Below are positions 34,169 to 44,204 of a stretch of DNA of 64,000 nt, piece after piece. The stretch comes from Gordius albopunctatus (taxonomy: Eukaryota). How positions within the stretch are numbered: the stretch's first letter is position 1; each line of letters opens with the position of its first letter. Location of the stretch: positions 17,360,001 to 17,424,000 of the forward strand of contig OZ193909.1 of the NCBI GenBank assembly GCA_964276515.1, given 5' to 3'. The notes under the pieces are model-generated. The model had not been told where the DNA came from and ran no database searches. It worked only from the letters and a program-made list of their open reading frames with translations. A program made the translations under genes and the position numbers.

Positions 34169-34801
34169 TCATAAATCCATTTTGAAATGAATTAATGAAT
34201 CGGTAGATTCAAAAGAGTAAAAAGTCTTATACTTTTTTGGTTTTATAATACGTTTAGAAGGTAGTAAATCAAAAATTGAAGGTAACTCTTTCGCCTTATT
34301 ATTAAGAATTCGATAGTAATCCTCATTTCTAATATCACTTGAAGTTAATATTAGGCTATAAACCGTTGAATTGCAATTATTAAACAAATATCTGGGCTTT
34401 ATATTATAATTAATAGTTATATTCAAAAACAATTAATTATAATCTTCATATATTTCTTAATTAAAATAAAATAATGGCGCACGGGGCCCAAGATTTTTCG
34501 CTTGGAGGGGCCCATGGGGCCCGGTTTTTGCTCTTGGGTGGGCCTGGGCCCCCCCTAGCTACGCCACTGTTTTTAAGGAACGTTAGATAAAATATTCAAA
34601 ATATTTTAGTTTTTTTATTATTGTTATCAAGGATATTTTGAAGTTCAAAATAATATCTTTTAATCTTGCACACCCAATTTGGCAAACGAACAAACTGTTA
34701 TTTTACCTTTAAACCTAACAACAGTTTTAAAATATTTTTGATCTCCGAAAGTTTTTTTATTTATTTTAATTGATTTTTAAAAATAAAAGAGCTCACACTC
34801 A

Positions 34802-34970
34802 CCAAAAGTCAGGGGAAATGTACTTTGAACTTTCATATATTTGGGAAATCTTGTAGACAAAAACAAAACAGTTCACATTGGCCAAAAGTCAAAGGAAATG
34901 TACTTTAACTTTTAAATATTTGGGAAATCTTGTAAACATATTATTCCTGATCTGATCACACTATAAAAAT
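34802..34970 (+). promoter_or_regulatory. Putative promoter of the micro-exon gene: duplicated ~57-bp module plus TATA box
   Basis: Direct repeats 34802-34858 and 34882-34938 (CCAAAAGTCA..GGAAATGTACTTT...TTTGGGAAATCTTGTA); CTATAAAA at 34961-34968, ~100 bp upstream of ATG 35063. Confidence 0.55.
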
Positions 34971-35062
34971 ACAAGCTAAGTAATCAAATCCATTCCATTC
35001 TAACATCCAATTCTATTACAGTTATAGCATATTGCTTAAATATCAAAAAACATATATTAACA

Positions 35063-38000
35063 ATGAACCTTTTCACCATAATTTTAAGCACCTTGTTTCT
35101 CTCACTTGTCTTATCAGGTATAGTTTAAGTTTATAATGTACGTATATAAATTTAAAAAAAGGCATTTAATGTTGTGATTAATAAAAAATAATTATTTAAA
35201 TTTAATATTACTACGAAGAACAAATATATAATTTATCTTTTTAATCATTTAGCCCCCAAATCTGCCATAGATGGTGAGTGTGATAATGAATAAATTTTTT
35301 GACTAAACTATAGCTTATATTTTTTTACAATTTACTTTGAGACACAACGTTTAAATTGTTAAAATGTCCACTGAAGTTGTATCTATATTATAAAACTCAA
35401 ATTCTGTAACATCTAATTGGGTTGTTTAGTGCAAAATGATGACCCTGTGAAAACTGTTGTCCCTCTTGCCGGTAAACCAAATTATGAAAAAATACATTTT
35501 AAAAGCATTTAAATAATTTTTTTATTAATTTTTATTACATAGTTATGGAAGACATATTTTGGGAAGACTAATCAAATCATTTATTAATTATTAGCGAATT
35601 TATCAAGTAATGTCAACGATATTCCTTCCAATATCTTGATAAAATGTGTGTTAAAAAATCAAATTTGCCACGACATCTAACGAGGCTATAAACACTAAAA
35701 TATCAAAAAAATGTTTGTATTATTTAAAAAAAGTAATTTTTTTCAAAGAAAATTGTTTGTTTAAATTAACTTTTAGAAGTTCAACAAGGCGAGGCTATCA
35801 AGGAGACTTCGGCCTCAAGTAATTTTATTTAATGTTTAATGTCTTGTCTATAGATTGATAAATACATATTTCTGTTAAATTTTATATAGCCAATGTCACA
35901 AGTAGCAATTTAAAAACCATATCTTCGTTTATAAAAAAACCATATCATAATAAATATTGTTTATAGCTCAAAATCCACATTATGGCCATCACTATTCCGA
36001 AGGTTAACTAATTAAAAGATTATTTTTAATTATAAAATAAAAATACTTTTCAATATCATTATTATTATTTTGTTGCGTAGTAAATTTAATTTTATTACTA
36101 TTTTCATCGGAAAAACAATTATAGAAGTACAGAATGATGAAGAAATCACTACAGCTGCAGGTACACTAAGCCATTTATATAAATTGCCTAATTTTTATAA
36201 TAAATAATTATTTAAATTTATAAAGTTGCAAAACTAATAATGCTTATTAATATAATTATAGTTAATGTAACCTCTAAAGGTATATTAATTGTTTTAAAAT
36301 AACTTTTAATCAAAATATATGATTTTTTCGGCCATGGCTACACATACCATTTATTTTAGTAAGCGCAACTATTTTGAAAAATGCGTTTCTTATAATTAAA
36401 ATTACGAACAGGTTCGGTAATTTGTTTGTTTACGTGTAAAGAATAGCTATTTGTAGAACAACATGGATGACAAATGTAAAAAACAAACATATAAATAGTT
36501 GTTTTAATCTAAAATTTATTGGAATTCAAATCAGAGGTCAGATTTGTTAGGAATTTTATGCCCGAACCCGGCCCGGTTCAATTTTTGAACTTCATTGCCC
36601 GCCCGAGCCCGCCCGAACCTTCTAGGTGCCCACCCGGGCCCGCCCGAAACATTAAAGCTGTCCGAACTGCCCGGCCCGAAATATTAAATTTGCCTGTTAG
36701 GCCTGAAATTTTGCGATCTCAAATTCTTTCAGCCACAATTAAAAAATAAGCATTAAATTAATGGCATATTTAATAAAACAAGTCCATGAAAATATTTATG
36801 TACCAATTTTTTAATTAAGTTTAAAGTTGACATATTAAATAAATAATATTACAATAAACAAAATTATACTCCCCTTTGGAGTTAACCCCTTTGCCCAGCC
36901 CATAAATAAACTTCTTAATGAATAAAATTAGTTCAATTAGTCAATCTGTGTTCTGTTAAAACTTACTTTTTTGATAAAAAGACAATAATTTATCAATAGA
37001 ATTTAAATGCAATTTATGGATAATTCTTTTAACTTAAAGCAAAAAAAGAAAGGTATAGAAATTTTTTATTATGAAAATAATTAGTAACTTAGCGAAAGCG
37101 ATGAATAATAAGGAAATAATAAAGGTTAATTAGAGAAACTTTGTGATGGCGAAATCAAGTTTCTTAACTTTTTTAGCATTTTAATATGCAATAAAATAAA
37201 AAGTAACAAAATAATACACTATTTAAAAAATCTTATTAAGCCCGAATCCTATCTTCGTGCCGAGCGCCCGGGCCCGCCCGAAAATAAAAATTTAGGAAAG
37301 TTGCCCGGCCCGACCCGGCCCACGGGCCGGTCAATCTGGTCTCTGATTCAAATCAAAGTTTTAAGTAATTAATTTTTGCAAAATAATTTATGAAATTTTT
37401 TTAAGTTTCAAGTTAAATGAATATCAAAACAATCAAATTTAAATGTCTTTTTTATATAATTTAGTTTGATTTCATATTTTAAATAATATAAAAATGAGAA
37501 TTGTATATATGTCTAGGTTCTTATTTAACTTTATTGATAAAGCTGACCTTTAATGTGTTAGATACACTAATAAATTGATAAAATACTGTAATAAATAATT
37601 TAGTATAAAATACATCTTTTATTAACCATAAATTATAATATCAAAATGTACAGATCATTTTAATAAATTTAGGAATTTTAACACAGGTGGAAGAGTTTTT
37701 TGCACTTCAATAGGTTTGCTTTTCTGCTTAAAGATTAAACCTAAAAAAATTGTATAATATAATTAATATGTATTAATTTACTAGTGTTCTTTTTCAATCT
37801 ACCATTGCCTTTCCTAAACTTTGAAAGCATTTTAATAGACTCCAATCTATTTTCAATACCTAAAAAGTTTACAACAGTTTAAATTTCACTTCTGTGCAAA
37901 ATCTAATATGTGCAAAATCTAATATAGGCAAGGGTTAGGGTTCGATTTAGTGATTTATTTGATAATATGTATTTATTTATAAAATAGTATTATACATTTT

Positions 38001-39351
38001 GATATAACTTATTTTGTTTCAATTAACAATTATAGTATCCTTTTATTACGTAGTTTTTTAGTACATATTACATGCGTATGAATATGCGTGAAAACCGGTC
38101 TCAATTTCTAAAATACGAATATTACATTATTAGATTTTGCACATATTAGATTTTTCACCAGATTCTTAGATTTAATTACTTTTTAGAAAAGGCTGTTGGG
38201 AATCACTAACATCATAATTATTAGTAACTATGTTGGATTGTTGAGGATTACCTACATCTTAATTAAGAAATTAACAATAAAACTTAAGTTACTCGCAGCC
38301 ATTCTGAAAATTTCAAGGACTCTACGTTCTAACATATTAGCTTTGAAATGTTCAATACCAATGAAATACATATCAAACAACTTATCATCCATCTCACATG
38401 CTATGGAATTTAATTCTGAAGTTATGGTCTAGAATTTTTTGATTTTTGGACAATGATCTTTCAATTGTAGGCCCATTGTGAATTTGAATGATAACCCCAT
38501 TTTCAGAATCCACATCATTTGGCCCAGATTTTACCCATCTCTCTGGGCATAATTTAGTGTCAAAGTATTCAATGTTGTTAAATTTCCTTGCCTTAAAGGG
38601 GTGACAACAAGGCAACAATATGCTGCTTTTAAAGCCACATGAGCATGTGGTTTCTGTGATATAATAATTTTTTTTTCATATTCCGCCTTAGCCTTGAGTA
38701 AATCAAATAGTTATTCGAAATAATATCCAAAAGTTTCTTTCTATAACGATATAATACTTTAAAAAAATTATACTTACCGTCTTTATACAATTAAATGACC
38801 CTAGGCGATTAAAATCAAACAAAAAATAATTGCGCTATTTAATTGTAAACAACGACATCATAATACCGATCATTTGTTGATCGGAAAATGGTAATTATAA
38901 GAAACGAATTTTTTGAAAATGGCTGCACATACTAAAATTAATGGTATGTGTAGCCATCGCCATCTAAGGGTAGTGATTTTAAATAATCTATAGTAGAAGT
39001 TCAACACGATGAACCAGACAAGGAAACACATCCTTTTGGTATTGTATTGCAAAGAATATTAAATTTAATTAAAATATTAAATTGTAGTCAATTCAACTAC
39101 AGGTAATTTATATATTATATTTTAAAAAATCCCCCAAAACAAATAGCCTAATATGTCTATTTATATATATATTTAAGCATCTGCTCCAACCACTTTAGAA
39201 GGTAAGTCACCTTATTTAATTACCATAAAAAATAGAATGAAAAAATTAAAATTTTATTATAGAACTTCAAAATGATCAGTCACCTGGGAATATCACAATA
39301 TATTTAGAAGAGTATAGTGATGGTTTTCCAATTATGTATTATAATAAGTAA
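35063..39351 (+). CDS. Candidate micro-exon gene encoding a ~133-aa secreted, N-glycosylated low-complexity protein; exons 35063-35117, 35253-35273, 35430-35471, 35595-35606, 35777-35818, 35890-35901, 35967-36002, 36125-36160, 36262-36279, 39088-39102, 39178-39201, 39263-39351
   Basis: Each internal exon is bounded by AG and GT and is phase 1/1, with lengths 21, 42, 12, 42, 12, 36, 36, 18, 15 and 24. Joined ORF: MNLFTIILSTLFLSLVLSAPKSAIDVQNDDPVKTVVPLAANLSKVQQGEAIKETSASTNVTTQNPHYGHHYSEEVQNDEEITTAAVNVTSKVNSTTASAPTTLEELQNDQSPGNITIYLEEYSDGFPIMYYNK*. Hydrophobic N-terminal signal peptide. Terminal exon uncertain. Confidence 0.75.
36532..37345. mobile_element. Non-autonomous hAT (Hermes/hobo-like termini) in the long intron of the micro-exon gene
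   Basis: TSD ATTCAAAT; termini CAGAGGTCAGAT / ATCTGGTCTCTG, the same family as 44205-47170. Confidence 0.92.
37655..38660 (-). pseudogene. SWIM zinc-finger C-terminal remnant, probably from a MULE/Mutator transposase, with short introns
   Basis: TTCSCGFKSSILLPCCHPF...FDTKLCPERW (CxC-x9-CxH); further exon-like pieces at ~37803-37859 and 37655-37740; interrupted by the MITE at 37887-38165. Confidence 0.65.
37887..38165. mobile_element. MITE, second copy of 11419-11691
   Basis: Near-identical sequence; TSD TTAAATTT / TTAGATTT. Confidence 0.85.
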
Positions 39352-39668
39352 TTTAATTATAATTTACTAATTCAACATTTGAGACGAAGTTCTCATAATA
39401 TTAAAATTACCCCTTTCCTCAACTTTCAATATTGTCGACACTTTACATGATAAAAACCAAGTCATTTTATAGCTACTTCATTCATTAATAATCTCTTACA
39501 ATTTCATACACATTCATACACATGCCTTTATATAAACCAATATCTTTCATAATATGCTTATATACTTTGTTATCGCTTAGAACTGATCAATAAATCAATT
39601 CAAAACGCTCTGTTTTTTTATTCCCTGAATCGTATAAATAGTGATGCGGAAAACTGAGAAAGATATCA

Positions 39669-40440
39669 TGTTATAAAGTCACAAAGGTGCGAATGTATAC
39701 TTGTGATAATATTATCATTATATATGCACATGTTATAACAGATACAGTTCGAAGAAAATCAGTATTTTATTTATATGCGAGGAACTGCTAATGTTAGCTT
39801 GCTAGCGCATTTCACAGAAAGCGAGGGGGGGATAGTGGGAATAAACCAACCACTACATCCTCTTCTTCAAGACAACTTCCTCCGACCCGAGTGTTGACTT
39901 TTCTCAGCTCGGTCTTCGGACCTGAGTTTCTAACAAAGAGCAGACGTTTTCCTCTGGTAGCTTGTTTGGGCATATGTGTCGAACGATTTCTTCGGAAGAC
40001 TTAATTGGGTTCGCACGTATCTTGGCTTAACTGGATATGTCTTATACGATCGTTTTCTCTGTCTTTTTCCCCTACCAAGCGTTCTACTAAGGGGGTGGGG
40101 GTTGTTGTAAAGCAAAGTGACATCGATGGCTAACGATTGACTACGTATATCATCAAGGCGTCATTGGTTTCAGACTACTCTACCGAAAGTTTTTTCACGC
40201 AAACCCGCAGTATCTTCCTTGGTTTTTCCGAACGATCTCTCAGCTAGGAGTAGACACAAGCTCGCCAACCCAGGTTCCTCAGGTCACTCACAAATTAAAC
40301 CTACTATTCCCAAGACATGGGTACGGATATTTCCGTTAAATTATCGGTAACGTCCCTATACCACACATCAGCCATAGGCGCCTGGGTGGTATAGCTTCTT
40401 ATCGAACAAAGTGCGATGTTCCGGTAATATAGCGATTAAA
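39669..40440 (-). mobile_element. Solo-LTR-like repeat, copy 2
   Basis: Colinear with 16303-17115. Confidence 0.6.
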
Positions 40441-40502
40441 GTATTTATCAATAAATCAATTCAAAACGTTCTGTTGTATTATTCCCTGAATCGTATAAAT
40501 AG

Positions 40503-41040
40503 TAGAGATGCACCGATACCAAGTATCGGCATGGTATCGGCGCCGATACCTTGCCAAAAGTATCGGCCGATACTTTGCTAGTATCGGCAATTATCAAGCC
40601 GATACCTTTACAATATGAAACTCAAAAAATAATATTTATAGTATCTCCTACCATTAAAAAATAGAGGACTTTTTAAATTTTTTGAAAATTGTTTCATTAT
40701 ATTGGCTATAAATATTTCTATGTGGAGTATAATAAACTCATTCACCATCTGTTCCGAATAACTGCGCTTTTAAGTAAATATTGTTTAATTTGAAAAATTA
40801 TTATATATTAAGCCTTAGATGGATTCTTTAGATACACTATGGAGTTATTTTGTTGTGTCAGCAGATGAAAAAATTGTAATCTGTGAATTATGCAAAGCTA
40901 AAATAAGTCTTGGGGGCAAAGACAAACATTCCTTTAATACTTCAAATTTAAGGAAACATTTAAAAACTAGACATACAATAGAATTTCGCAGTGTTCTTAA
41001 AAATGAAAGTGATATTAATATAAAGATTAATTTGAATAAA
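40503..41040 (+). mobile_element. Left end of a hAT element with a BED zinc-finger exon, truncated
   Basis: TAGAGATGCACCGATAC terminus, repeated GTATCGGC/CCGATAC; LWSYF...CELC...NTSNLRKHLKTRH BED finger. Confidence 0.85.
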
Positions 41041-41809
41041 CAATTAATATTATATTACAATTGTTTTATCGTCAAAATTCTGATCTACCAAAATTTGGAT
41101 ATGACTTAATTTATAATATTTAATTTGCATATGACGAGACGAGAATTTTAATGTCGAGATGATACGAGATTCTTTCGGCGAGATCTCGACTTTTTATTGA
41201 TCGTTAGATTTTAGTAAATTATTGTGTATTTTAATTTGCATGATTTACATTTAAAAAATTAAGTGTAATTCAATATGTATGGAATATATTTGATATGAAA
41301 AAAATTCCTAAGTGTAGTAAATATTATATATTTTTGCAAAAAATTTAAAATTTGCCAATCATTTACCTTGTGAATAATTTTATAATCAAAATTTTAGGTT
41401 TAGAATGAGATATGATGGAATAGGAAATATTACTAAAGCATATTTGAATTTCGCAGTTACTCATCCTGCATGATGCGGTAATTATAAATTGGTGTTCAAT
41501 CAGTTTGAATAAGTATACAAGTTAAACTAAGGTGGCTCGAGATTTTTAAGCACCCGCCTAACGATTTCAAAAGTACAATAGAGTATTTAATGACACCGTA
41601 ATAGATTAAATCTTAAATCATGAGTTTTTTAAAAGTTTTTATGCTTTAACTAACATTTTCGAATCTCAATATTCTGTGAATACTGTAGTGTAGCGTCATT
41701 CAAGGTTGCATTTTAAATACACGCGTTTTTTCCTATACTTGAGCGCGGTCAAGTCACAGACATTTGATTATACGCGTAGCCATTTGAATACACCCTAGTT
41801 TACTGTAGA

Positions 41810-42921
41810 GAGGTATCAAGCGAATGCAAGAAGTGGCGCGGCAGTATATATGGTGGCCTACTCTCGACGATGACTTATTGAGCGTAGCGAAAGGGTGCCT
41901 GAATTGCAATTACACGGCCACGGTGGCGAAGAAGGCACCGTTGATAGAGTGTCAACCCAGCCATAAACTATGGGTCCAAGTACATATCGATATCATGGGT
42001 CCTCTCAAGGGTAAGTCATACCTCGTGATGGTAGACAAGAGCTCGAAATCGGTAGAGGTGTTTAAATTAGAAGACACCACATCGACAACCATTATAAAAA
42101 AACTGGCCGAAACGTTTGCTAGATTTGGAAATTCACCATGGTTAATATCAGATAACGGTCCACAATTCAAAGGGCAGGATTTACAGAACTTTTGCAAGAT
42201 GAGAGGGATTAATCAGCGATGGACAGCTCCTTACCATCCTGCGTCAAACGGTTTGGCAGAAAGATACGTACGATTAATGAAAGAAGCCATCCTTAGGAAC
42301 GAGTCGGAAATAGGGCTAAGTAGATTTTTGGAAAACTACAGATCGACAAAACACCCCGCAACCAATAAAAGCCCGGCAGAGATGATTTTAAAAAGGCGTA
42401 TGCAAACCGAATGGGAGGTATTAAGGGAAACCGTACCAAAACAATGGGTAGAGACCGGGAACCCGCGAATTTTCAACGTAGGAGACTTGGTTTGGGTACG
42501 CATGTTTTTGGGTCCAAGCAAATGGGTAGAAGTCACGATAAAAGCCAAACACGGGAGTCGTTCCTACGATGTATGGGCACAGGGAAGAAAGCACCACCGA
42601 CACCTGGATCAATTAAGGAAACGGAGAATCCTGGATTGGACCACTCTGGGACAAGAGAACGGGTGGCTACAAAGAAGATCATCAGAAAGGGAAGAGGGAA
42701 CAAAGCCAAAACCAGGCAGGAACGCCTAGGGAAGAACCGAGATCCGGAGATACGTTATTTACCTGCGTGTTTACGTTATTTACCCGCGTGTTGTCGATCA
42801 AATTATCGTTAATTGGTTGTAACTTATATATGCGTTTGTTATATACGGTGAAGGTCACTTTTTCGAGTATTGTATCCCAGTCCTAATAGTTTATGTGAAT
42901 AAAGATCCAGCCCTTCAACAT
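41810..42921 (+). mobile_element. Ty3/Gypsy integrase fragment with possible 3' LTR remnant
   Basis: YIWWP...CLNC; VHIDIMGP; LISDNGPQF; APYHPASNGLAER; YRSTKHPATNKSPAE; AATAAA...CAACA near 42900-42921. Confidence 0.88.
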
Positions 42922-44204
42922 TTACACCGTACTTAGTATCTCTTATTTGATTGCTACTTTTATATATGCCCTTCGCTATGTGTATATAAAGCCCTATCCA
43001 CCTAATAAAAGACTCTCTGCCTCTTGATTTCTCTTGGTTTAGAATCTGAGTTTAGCTTTATATCCCCGAGAAATTCTCTTTCAACGCCTTGAATGTCTCG
43101 CTAAAATATGATAGCTATAACCCTCATTCCCCTTTCCCATGTATACGCTGGCACCACTCAAATAAGACGCTCTTCCTAACTCACTCAATCCTAGGTCTAG
43201 CCGCCCTCATACTGCACAAGCAAACGCTCATATTAGCCTCCCCTCTCTCGAATCTGTATAAATATTAGTCATTATTCTACTCTATACATCATCAAAAAAT
43301 TAAAAACACTTCCTGTCCTCTACCCCATGTGCGTAGGCAGGGGGGGGGCCTTTTATTTTTTAATCTAAATTTTTGTAAAAATTGGAAGAATTAGTCTTTC
43401 GCCCCCCCCCCCTAATTGTAATTGAAATTAAGTTTTATGTTAATAATTTCTATTTTCCTAAAAACTTAAGTGAACTTACAATATATATAACGTCAAACAA
43501 CGTATGTTTTTTTCTGACCACCTTTTTACAAGTTTTTGCAACCTATAAATCAGTCATTTTAAAAGATTTTTTTTGCAAATTAGTTGTCAATTTTAAATAA
43601 AGGGCTAGGCAAGCCTTTCTCTTGTTATTTATCTTTTATTTATTTGATTAACCATTAAATTATCATATTCTTCCTTCTGTCTATATTTTTTTTTTCACCA
43701 TACTCAAATTTTTATATCAAACTTATTTTCAAAATTATAATTAATTATTTGATCATATTTAATCAATTTTAGTGCTTAATATCAAATTTAGGTAAGCCTT
43801 CCAGTATTAACTTTTATTCAATATATGAGCTTCCGTATTACTTATAATTTATTTCTCTGTATGAAGGTTAAATTCGCATCGGATAGTAGTCTAGGGCCTA
43901 GATAGGCGTCGTCAATTCAAATATATCAAGGTATGGACTTACCCCTTCCCCACGCATTTCTAAAAAAAAAAATATACGTTATTCTTACTAATATTCCTTC
44001 TCAATGGGTGGTCCTGACTTTATATCTCCCCCTCCTACCACTTACCCCCCCCCCCTCCTATTCTAACGACACGAAATTAACTGCGAGCTCAAGACGAAAA
44101 TGCTACTAATGTTGTATAAGACACTCACTTGGGAGGTGTATGCTTTACTTTTAGCCCCCACCCCCTCCTCTTCTAGGGTATTCGATATGTGCAAAACAAG
44201 GAAT

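Larger units (their letters stand above)
31390..34569. mobile_element. Degenerate hAT (Tip100-like) element with nested MITEs
   Basis: TSD TTTTTAAG; TIRs CAGTGGCGTAGCTAG / CTAGCTACGCCACTG; transposase C-terminal remnant IGQDRLSSLALFSLE at 33207-33404 (-). Confidence 0.88.

Noticed and set aside
36360..36416. Additional micro-exons near 36360 and 36412
   Set aside because: No canonical donor for the first; the second is 5 nt and would break the frame.
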